A stretch of DNA of 64,000 bases, taken from the NCBI GenBank assembly GCA_963818935.1, contig CAWFUK010000022.1, positions 30,012-94,011 of the forward strand. The letters run 5' to 3'. Both the position numbers and the translations under genes were made by a program. Shown here piece by piece: positions 47,896-55,369 of this stretch. Each line of letters starts with the position of its first letter. Position 1 is the first letter of the stretch. The notes under the pieces are model-generated. The model searched no databases. It was given only the letters and a program-made list of their open reading frames with translations, and was not told where the DNA came from. The DNA comes from an uncultured Acidobacteriaceae bacterium. Lineage in GTDB: Bacteria > Acidobacteriota > Terriglobia > Terriglobales > Acidobacteriaceae.

Positions 47896-49164
47896 TTATC
47901 CCCGCCCAATGCCGACGTATTCAAAACCCATGGCGCGCAACCGCGTCGAATCGAGCAGGTTTTTCGTATCCACGATGAGCGGTTTCTTGAGCAAGCGCTT
48001 GATGCGATCAAAATCGAGCGCTCGGAATTCCGGCCAGCCGGTACCCACGACCAGAGCGTCCATGCCTTCCGCCGCCGCATATGCGTTCTCGCAATACCGT
48101 ACCGTACCATTCAGCCGGCCTTTGGCCTCAGCCGTGGCCACCGGATCATAGGCCCGCACGCGCGCGCCTTTTTCCACCAGTCTTTCGGCCAGCAACACCG
48201 CGGACGAGCCGGCAATGGAATTCGTATTTGGCTTGAACGCCAGACCGAGTATGCCCACATCTTTGTTCTCGACCGAATTCAGCGCCATGGCAATCTTGTC
48301 GAGCAGGCGCTCGGCCAGCGTTTGGTTGACGTCGCGGGCCGCGCTCAACACCTTCAGCGAAACTCCGTTGGCCGCCGCCAATGCCGCGAGCGAATCCATG
48401 TCAGACTCGGCAAACACGCCGCCCATGCCCGCTCCCGGCTGCAGGCAGCGGGGAGCAATTTTCTTATCCAGACCCAAAGCCAGCGCCAGGCTGACCGCAT
48501 CCGCACCCACCCGCTCGCACAGCGCCGCAACTTCGTTGATGAACGAAATTTTTGTCGCCACAAACGCCGTCGCCGATTCGCGCACCAGTTCCGCCGTCGC
48601 CTGGTTGGTTACAATCACCGGCACGCCGCGCATCACCAGGGGATGAAAAATCTGCTTGAGAACCTGCACAGCTTCGTTCGAGCTCGAACCGAGAATCAGC
48701 CGGTCCGGCCAGTTAAAATCTTCTACCGCACAACCATCGGTGAAGAACATGGGCTGAGACACGATCGTTCCATGCAAGCCTGCATCCTTCAGCGATTTCT
48801 CGAGCATTGCCGCCGTTCCTACCGAGACCGGAGTAACCACGGTGAGAACCGGCGGCTTGGTTGCCAGGCGCGCGATCCGCATCACCACATCGGCCAGATT
48901 CTCCGCATTATCTTCCGCCAGGAAAATGACCTGGGTCTTGCGCGCGAACGATTCGATGTCAGTTGAGTAGGCGAGCCGCCCGGCGCGCACGTTGCGCCGG
49001 ATGATTTCTTTCAAATTCTTCTCAAAGAATGGAATGTTGCCCTGCGCCATCTCGACCATGCGCGTGCGGTCGGGATGACAGCACGAAACCGGGGTGCCAA
49101 AATCCGCCAGACAAGCCGAAATCACCGTGCCCAGATACCCCGAACCGTAGACTCCGATCTGCAT
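47896..49164 (-). CDS. UDP-glucose/GDP-mannose dehydrogenase family protein lacking the catalytic Cys
   Basis: N-terminal VYGSGYLG Rossmann motif, TAELVRESATAFVATKISFINE and C-terminal GLAFKPNTNS. The active-site segment reads PGAGMGGVFAESD. Confidence 0.85.
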   Translation of the reverse strand: MQIGVYGSGYLGTVISACLADFGTPVSCCHPDRTRMVEMAQGNIPFFEKNLKEIIRRNVRAGRLAYSTDIESFARKTQVIFLAEDNAENLADVVMRIARLATKPPVLTVVTPVSVGTAAMLEKSLKDAGLHGTIVSQPMFFTDGCAVEDFNWPDRLILGSSSNEAVQVLKQIFHPLVMRGVPVIVTNQATAELVRESATAFVATKISFINEVAALCERVGADAVSLALALGLDKKIAPRCLQPGAGMGGVFAESDMDSLAALAAANGVSLKVLSAARDVNQTLAERLLDKIAMALNSVENKDVGILGLAFKPNTNSIAGSSAVLLAERLVEKGARVRAYDPVATAEAKGRLNGTVRYCENAYAAAEGMDALVVGTGWPEFRALDFDRIKRLLKKPLIVDTKNLLDSTRLRAMGFEYVGIGRG

Positions 49165-49367
49165 GCTTGCCCTCCGGCAAACCCGCGCTCAAGTGGCTCC
49201 GGACGCGGGATTCAACCCATTCCTTGTCTTTGGTTTACAGTGCGCCGCCAGCCCACGCAACGCACGGGAGGGAAATGTACCAGAGGCCATGTCCATTGAG
49301 CGGGAGTAACGTAATGCGGGGTAACCAGCCTCAAAACAGCCGACGGACGCCGACTTCAGAGGGAACG

Positions 49368-49913
49368 CTAGCGGGAAACCAAGCTCCCGCCCAGCAAAAC
49401 CGGAGCGAGATCGACCCAATGGTCCTGCGCCTCTTCCCGCACAAACGTGAGCCGGTCGAGAAGAATGCGGCGGCTTCCGGAAAACTGCTTCCAACGTTCG
49501 CGCGAAATGCGCAAAGCCTCTTCCGCCGCTTGTTCGGTCTTCATGGTTCCAATGGTCAGATGCGGCACGTAAGGCCACTTTTCCGTGAAGGCCAGCGCCT
49601 CGGTGTTCAGTTGCGTGTGCAATTCTTCCAGGCGTGAGGCTCCGCGGGCTACGGCAATGTAAACCGTAGTGGTGGTGGGCACAAACGACCGCATGTCATC
49701 GAGAGTTACTTCGAAGGGATTGGCCTGGCCGCAGATTCGCTCCAGCGTCTGCAACGCCGCGCTCTCACTGCCTTCGAGAGGCCGCGGCGGCAGCAATGTA
49801 ATGTGGGCCGTCAGGCAAGGCAAGTCGGGATGCAACTCCTGCCGCAGGTTCTCGACGAACTCCCCCACTGGACTTTTTACGTAAGCGACTAGCGCGTACC
49901 GCAAGCTCGGCAT
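49368..49913 (-). CDS. 2H phosphoesterase (2'-5' RNA ligase/LigT-like) family protein
   Basis: Two HxT/Sx motifs (AHITLL and PHLTIG), 181 aa. Confidence 0.7.
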   Translation of the reverse strand: MPSLRYALVAYVKSPVGEFVENLRQELHPDLPCLTAHITLLPPRPLEGSESAALQTLERICGQANPFEVTLDDMRSFVPTTTTVYIAVARGASRLEELHTQLNTEALAFTEKWPYVPHLTIGTMKTEQAAEEALRISRERWKQFSGSRRILLDRLTFVREEAQDHWVDLAPVLLGGSLVSR

Positions 49914-49999
49914 ATCTAGGGATAAAATTATAGCGTGTTCCGTCGTTTATAATCGCAGGGACGGTTGATTCATAAGAGTCTTTCGTCTTTTGCAAATGT

Positions 50000-50044
50000 C
50001 GGGGCGTAGCGCAGCCTGGTAGCGCACCTGCCTTGGGCGCAGGG
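50000..50044 (+). repeat. Displaced 5' fragment of tRNA-Pro (positions 1-45), attL of the integrative element
   Basis: Bases 49997-50044 are identical to 53665-53712. The fragment covers the acceptor 5' strand, D arm and anticodon arm only. Confidence 0.9.
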
Positions 50045-50118
50045 CAAAACCGCACTCGCTGATCCCGCAGCACTTACACACGTTCGATCCGAAACAGCGC
50101 ACCTGCTTCGGAGGAAAC

Positions 50119-50931
50119 GTGAGCTTCTCTCAATTCATCAAAGAACGTCAGTACCTCTGCAACGTCTCTCCCGCAACGGTCGAATGGTACGAGCAAAGCC
50201 TTCGCTGGCTCAGTATCGAATCACCCAACGACGATCAACTAAAATCGTTCGTCCTTCGGATGCGTGAGAAGGGGCTGAAGGCGACGGCGTGCAACAACCG
50301 CATCCGAGCCGTCAACTCCTATCTCAAGTGGGCAGGATCGCCGCTGCGCGTCCCCAAGATGAAAGAGCCTCAGCTTGTCCTGCCTACGTTCTCCACTGCA
50401 CAGGTCACCCGCCTCATAGGATCAAAGCCGCGTAGTTTCTATCAGCGCCGTCTGCACCTGATTGTGCTCATACTGCTCGACACAGGATGCCGGATCACCG
50501 AGGCTCTGACTCTGCGCGTCTGTGACGTTGACTTCGACAACCTGCTTCTCCTGCTCGATGGGAAGGGGCGCAAGCAGCGCAAGGTTCCGTTCTCGTTCGA
50601 ACTTCGCAAGGCGTTGTTCCGCCACACGCGAGCGTTCTGCCCACAGCAGCACATGCTTGTGCTTGGCACACTAGACGGCTGCAAACTCGGCAGGCGTGTG
50701 GTGCTGCGCGACGTGAAGCTGCTTTGCAAACGACTAGGCTTCGATCCGCCAGCGCGCACACTTCATGCCTTCCGGCACACGTTCGCAGTCAACTACCTTC
50801 GGCGCGGAGGATCGGTGTTCCATCTTCAGAAGGTGTTGGGACACTCCACCCTTGAGATGACGCGGCGCTACGCAAATCTGATGACGGAGGACTTGCAGGC
50901 AGTGCATCAGCAGTGCTCGTTGCTGGCCTGA
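50119..50931 (+). CDS. Tyrosine recombinase/integrase (short XerC/D-like form)
   Basis: LDTGCRITEAL (Arg), HAFRHTFA (HxxR) and LGHSTLEMTRRYANL (His...Tyr). GTG start 75 nt from attL. Confidence 0.85.
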   Translation: MSFSQFIKERQYLCNVSPATVEWYEQSLRWLSIESPNDDQLKSFVLRMREKGLKATACNNRIRAVNSYLKWAGSPLRVPKMKEPQLVLPTFSTAQVTRLIGSKPRSFYQRRLHLIVLILLDTGCRITEALTLRVCDVDFDNLLLLLDGKGRKQRKVPFSFELRKALFRHTRAFCPQQHMLVLGTLDGCKLGRRVVLRDVKLLCKRLGFDPPARTLHAFRHTFAVNYLRRGGSVFHLQKVLGHSTLEMTRRYANLMTEDLQAVHQQCSLLA

Positions 50932-51058
50932 GGATGGGTTTCAAATCACTGATGTTGAGGTGAGGAGAACGATTGTTCTCCCGCTCGACGAAGAAAGGAA
51001 ATGAAGATTCGGCGCGCAAGGCTACGTTGATGCACCCCAAGGGAAATAGGGCTTGCCG

Positions 51059-51667
51059 TCACCGCGTATGTGCATTCTGTTCTCCCTTCTTCAGCAGATT
51101 TTCTTTCTTGACCAACAGCGACGGACTCACGCCAAGGTCTTTTGCGATGGCCCGGAGTGAATGGCCCGCTGCTCGCCGTGCCCGTACAGCTGCCATGTCA
51201 ACGGCAATCGCGGGCGCTCCCAGCCTCTTGCCTTGCATCTTGGCTTTGCGTAACCCGGCCTTCGTGCGCTCGGATATGTTGATGCGCTCCTGTTCCGCAA
51301 GCGTCGCCATAATGGAGATCACTACGTCTCGGAACTGCCCACACGAATCGAAGTATGGTTCCATGAAGGATCGCCAGTTCACACCCCAGCCTTCCAGGCG
51401 CGTCAGATGGATCAGAGTCTTTCTGACTCCTTCTCGACTGAAGCGATCCAGTTTCCAGAACAGCAGCGGATCAAACTGCTTCTGACTTCCGGCCAGCATC
51501 ATCGCGTCGAACTGCGCACGCTCCTTCTTGCCAGAGCCAGTCACCGTATCGACGTACTCAGCGACGATCTCCCAGCCCTGCTTTGCTGCGAACTCCCTCA
51601 GTTGAATTAGCTGATTGTCATTGTCCTGCTTGTCCGTGGACACTCGGGCGTAAATTGCAATTTTCAT
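51059..51667 (-). CDS. Serine recombinase (resolvase/invertase family) with C-terminal HTH
   Basis: MKIAIYARVSTDKQ, LLFWKLDRFSR and HSLRAIAKDLGVSPSLL. The ATG is preceded by GGAGGAAACA. Confidence 0.88.
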   Translation of the reverse strand: MKIAIYARVSTDKQDNDNQLIQLREFAAKQGWEIVAEYVDTVTGSGKKERAQFDAMMLAGSQKQFDPLLFWKLDRFSREGVRKTLIHLTRLEGWGVNWRSFMEPYFDSCGQFRDVVISIMATLAEQERINISERTKAGLRKAKMQGKRLGAPAIAVDMAAVRARRAAGHSLRAIAKDLGVSPSLLVKKENLLKKGEQNAHTR

Positions 51668-51846
51668 TGTTTCCTCCATTGGTCACGACGCTGTCCGCTG
51701 ACGTACTCAACCTCGGTGCGTCCGTCTAGGGATTCCTTCGCGCGCACCAGAGCGAACGCCACGGCGTTCCCAATCTCGTCAAAAGTGGCGTCATCTGGCA
51801 GCGTGATCCATTCCTCGCAGTCAGCAGGCAACGCTCTGAGTCTCAC
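51664..51846 (-). CDS. Small hypothetical protein translationally coupled to the serine recombinase
   Basis: 60-aa ORF whose TGA overlaps the recombinase ATG (ATGA). Confidence 0.4.
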   Translation of the reverse strand: MRLRALPADCEEWITLPDDATFDEIGNAVAFALVRAKESLDGRTEVEYVSGQRRDQWRKQ

Positions 51847-52084
51847 GCTGTAGCGATTCGTCAGGTCTGTTCCAGCAGGTCACCGCTGTGCTGCGCCTAT
51901 CTCAGGGGAGTAGATGCAGCAGGGACTACGCCTAGCCGACAGCGAGGTTAGGCGTATGTGAACGCGCTAGGTGTGCGCTGCGCAGGCGCGGTGGACAGGT
52001 GCGAACGCGTGGAGAGCATGCAGGCAGAAGCATACAAAGTGGGACATGACGCGCAGTGGCGGGGACTGTGACGCGCATGTCTCG

Positions 52085-52327
52085 CTAGGCTCGGAGGATT
52101 AAGAAGAGGACTCCTAGCACCACGGGCAGTAGCACGAAGATGATCCACAGGTGCTTTACAATCCTCCCCGCGATGTGTTGAGCATCAGCGGAAATCTCAG
52201 TGCGCGGGTCGAACGCTTTGGCGAGAGATTCGGCGAGAGATGCTTGACGCTGTGTCTCAGCCGCAGCTTTGTCTTCCCAGACACCCTTGCGTCCATTCCA
52301 GACCTTGCCTTCCATTTCATTGCTCAT
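52085..52327 (-). CDS. Small tail-anchored membrane protein
   Basis: The ATG is preceded by AAGGAGG at ideal spacing. It has a C-terminal TM helix (LWIIFVLLPVVLGVLFLIL). Confidence 0.5.
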   Translation of the reverse strand: MSNEMEGKVWNGRKGVWEDKAAAETQRQASLAESLAKAFDPRTEISADAQHIAGRIVKHLWIIFVLLPVVLGVLFLILRA

Positions 52328-52539
52328 GGAGTTCCTCCTTGAGAGTTTTTCACCAGACCTGCGCTCTCACTTTACGGCAATGTCGCAGAGAAGCCCACAC
52401 CACTGCGGTGGTAATGGCGATGCTATGCCACTACCTGTATCTAGCAAGGCTTGTGTTCCAGCAATGATTGCGCGGATTGAAATGAGCACCCTTGATCATT
52501 CGCGCACGATATGCACCTTTCTAATTCAAAGGAGAAAAC

Positions 52540-52737
52540 ATGACAGGACGTGTGCTCACAAACACCGAGCAGCAGCTATTCAACTATTGCCAGAACGAGC
52601 GACAAGCCGTCGAACTGGCGAAACAGATCATCTTTGCATCAGCACGAGCGATCAGGTGGGCGGTGAGCAGTATGTCTATCGTTTCGACCCAATCAGGCTT
52701 TCCCGCTGCAAGAAAGGCTTGCAGTAGTTTAAGTTGA
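52540..52737 (+). CDS. Small hypothetical protein (65 aa); coding strand ambiguous
   Basis: The ATG is preceded by AAAGGAG with a 5-nt spacer. A 53-codon antisense ORF (52584-52745, GTG after AAGGAG) overlaps it. Confidence 0.4.
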   Translation: MTGRVLTNTEQQLFNYCQNERQAVELAKQIIFASARAIRWAVSSMSIVSTQSGFPAARKACSSLS

Positions 52738-53126
52738 TCTTTCACAGTCTCCTTGTTAACTATTAAGTACTGTCTACATGTAAAATATTACTACTTTATA
52801 ATATTGCACGGTGCAACGCTATTATTACATATTAACGGCAGCAGAAACCGGGTGTTGCCCGGTTGTAGAGACAGTCGAGTTCTCTGCTGCTCGCGTTCCT
52901 AGAGGAACAGAAGGCAGAATGCGTCAGTGCGTAAGCACTACGAAACATCTTCCGAGGCGAACAAAAAGCGAATGCACAAAAAGCGCATGTATACTATACA
53001 CCCAGGATTGCCGATTTCAGAGGTGGTTCACCTCGTGATGGCCCTTGGGGTCCCCCCGAGTGTCTATGTCGCGCTAGGACGGCTCCCAGAGCGGTTTCTG
53101 GGGCAGCAGGAAGAGCCTCTACCTTA

Positions 53127-53612
53127 ATGAAGACTATTCCTTTGACTCAAGGTTTCGTCGCCCTCGTGGATGACACCGACTATGAACGAGTATCAGCATA
53201 CAAGTGGAGCGCGACGAAGGTTAAGAACACGGTGTACGGTATACGCAAGATCAGAACCACCGAAGGCCGAACCACATCACAACTCCTACATCGTTTCATA
53301 ACGGGTGTGACCGATCCGTCGATAGACGTGGACCACAAGGATCACAGCGGTCTAAATAATCAGCGACACAACCTCCGCAAGACCGTGCGTGGCGAGCACG
53401 ATGGGAACCGCCGGAAGACACATGGGAGTTCCCAATATAAGGGCGTGTCGTGGTCTAAAGATAAAGGCAAGTGGAGAGCCTGCATCAGGATAGAGAAGAC
53501 AGTCCATCTCGGTTACTTCAGTGACGAAGTAGAAGCGGCACTTGCCTACGACACAGCAGCAAGGATTCGCTTCGGTGTGATGGCAAACTGCAACTTCGCC
53601 TTGCAGGAATAG
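53127..53612 (+). CDS. HNH endonuclease with AP2 DNA-binding domain
   Basis: VDHKDHSGLNNQRHNLR (HNH_3-type) and YKGVSWSKDKGKWRACIRIEKTVHLGYFSDEVEAALAYDTAA (AP2). Confidence 0.75.
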   Translation: MKTIPLTQGFVALVDDTDYERVSAYKWSATKVKNTVYGIRKIRTTEGRTTSQLLHRFITGVTDPSIDVDHKDHSGLNNQRHNLRKTVRGEHDGNRRKTHGSSQYKGVSWSKDKGKWRACIRIEKTVHLGYFSDEVEAALAYDTAARIRFGVMANCNFALQE

Positions 53613-53667
53613 CGCACCTGCCTTAGTCTTGGACTACGGGTCGAACGTGACCTAAGTCGTTTATTGT

Positions 53668-53744
53668 CGGGGCGTAGCGCAGCCTGGTAGCGCACCTGCC
53701 TTGGGCGCAGGGGGTCCGCGGTTCAAATCCGCGCGCCCCGACCA
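53668..53744 (+). tRNA. tRNA-Pro (anticodon TGG), CCA encoded
   Basis: Manual cloverleaf: acceptor CGGGGCG/CGCCCCG, D arm GCGC/GCGC, anticodon arm CCTGC-CTTGGGC-GCAGG, T arm CGCGG-TTCAAAT-CCGCG, then ACCA. Confidence 0.93.
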
Positions 53745-53764
53745 ATCCCTTCCTCAGACTATCT

Positions 53765-55183
53765 TTAATTCTGTACCGCCAACTGGTACTGCTCCAGCTT
53801 GCCATCGGGCATTTCATAGGTCCACGCACGCACCGCAGCTTTGGGAAATCTGATCGAGTACACGCGCAGCGTCATGCCCCCGCGCAATCCCTGCCGCACC
53901 TGCACGAAATCCACCGGCGTTCCCAACGGCCCGAGGCTGGCGCTGAAATCCTTTAACGCCTGCTCGTTAAAATAAAAATTCGCGTTGTCGGTGAAAAGCG
54001 AGCGGTCGATGGTTCCATGCTGCAATCCTTCGAAGATCTTGCGCGCTTGCGCCAATTTTTCTGGCGTCGCCGGATCCTCGCTCTCCAGCAATAGTGGAGC
54101 GATGCCGTTCGCAATCGCTCCCGAAGCGTCGGCCGCATCCTGATTGGTCAGCACCACCACTGCCACGCGCTCATCCGGAAACACCATATTCTGCGCGGTA
54201 TACCCGGAGACTTCTCCCCCATGCTCTAACGCTCGATGTCCGAACTCCAATCTGATATCCACTCCCAACCCATACCGCGTGCCGAGCCCATTCTTTAGCA
54301 GCACCTCGGTTTCAAACGCCAGATACGACGAGGGCTTCATCAGCTTCTGCTCGATAATCGAGATATCCCACTTCGCCAGATCTTCCGCGGGCATGGCCAA
54401 TTCTCCTGCAGCGAACAACCACCCTTTCCCTTCCTTCGGTGCCGGATGCAGCGGCCCCAGCGCATATCGCATGTAACCAGTGGCATCGGTGTCGCCGAGT
54501 TTGGCCCGATCAATATCGGACACGCTTTTCATCCCCAGCGGCGTGAAAACTTTTTCTTGCAAGAATTGCAGCAGCGGCATGCCGCTGACTTTTTCGACAA
54601 TCAACCCCGCGATCACATAATTCGTGTTGCTGTATTGCCACTTCGTCCCCGGCTCAAAATCGAGCGGCTTGCGCGCCCATCCGTCGAGAATCTTCTGCGG
54701 CGTCGTGGGCTGCAGCATCATGGGCATCACATAATCCTGCGGCCAAAAATCCTGATAGCCCGAAGTATGCGAGAGCAACTGCCGGATCGTCACATCATTT
54801 GCCCGCGTCAGGTCAGGAAGATACTTCCCGACTTTGTCGTCGAGCGAAAGTTTGCCTTGCTCCTGCAGCAGCAGAATAGCCGCAGCCGTGAACTGCTTGC
54901 TGATGGAGCCGATGCTGTAGCGCATCTCCGGCTTGGCCGCGACGTTCGGGTCGATGCTGGCGTTGCCGTAGGCATGCAGATAGGCGATCTGCCCGTCTTT
55001 CACCACCGCGACCGAAGCGCTCGGCACGCCCGATTTGGCGAGCGCATCCGCAGCGATCTTGTCGATTTTCTGCTGCGTCTCCGCCGAAAGCTGCGCCTGG
55101 GCCGCCGCACCGACAACCAACCACACAGCAAATCCGAGCAGTAAAAAATAAACCTTATTCCGGCCCATCTTCATCTCCTTCAT
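53765..55183 (-). CDS. Secreted serine hydrolase (class C beta-lactamase/PBP family)
   Basis: Signal peptide, SISKQF (SxxK) and YSN (WQYSNTNY). Confidence 0.85.
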   Translation of the reverse strand: MKEMKMGRNKVYFLLLGFAVWLVVGAAAQAQLSAETQQKIDKIAADALAKSGVPSASVAVVKDGQIAYLHAYGNASIDPNVAAKPEMRYSIGSISKQFTAAAILLLQEQGKLSLDDKVGKYLPDLTRANDVTIRQLLSHTSGYQDFWPQDYVMPMMLQPTTPQKILDGWARKPLDFEPGTKWQYSNTNYVIAGLIVEKVSGMPLLQFLQEKVFTPLGMKSVSDIDRAKLGDTDATGYMRYALGPLHPAPKEGKGWLFAAGELAMPAEDLAKWDISIIEQKLMKPSSYLAFETEVLLKNGLGTRYGLGVDIRLEFGHRALEHGGEVSGYTAQNMVFPDERVAVVVLTNQDAADASGAIANGIAPLLLESEDPATPEKLAQARKIFEGLQHGTIDRSLFTDNANFYFNEQALKDFSASLGPLGTPVDFVQVRQGLRGGMTLRVYSIRFPKAAVRAWTYEMPDGKLEQYQLAVQN

Positions 55184-55369
55184 GTCTAATGGCAGCGAGT
55201 GCCTACATCACATCCCGGCGTTGAGCCAAGCGATTATAAGCCTCTCGGCGGAAGACTTTCCCGTCGCAATTAGCCTACTGGTGCGAGTTCAGCACTTTGG
55301 ATATACTTCTCCCGCCATCGTATTGCCCGCCTTCGCGTGTGTAAGGGGAAAAGCAGCCTGATACCAAAA

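Larger units (their letters stand above)
50000..53712. mobile_element. Small integrative element (about 3.6 kb) inserted in tRNA-Pro(TGG)
   Basis: It is flanked by the 48-nt direct repeat. It contains a tyrosine recombinase next to attL, a serine recombinase, an HNH-AP2 gene, small ORFs and an AT-rich patch. Confidence 0.8.

Noticed and set aside
47644-48966. 440-aa ORF on the + strand.
   Set aside because: It is exactly antisense to the well-supported dehydrogenase-family gene. Its composition is Arg/His/Gln-rich with no motifs, which is typical of a shadow ORF in GC-rich coding DNA.
52811-53038. 75-aa ORF in the island leader.
   Set aside because: It starts inside the palindrome after the TATAAT and is spanned by several perfect stems. 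Its composition is poor (Cys/Thr/Arg-rich) and it has no SD. It is treated as non-coding structured sequence instead.
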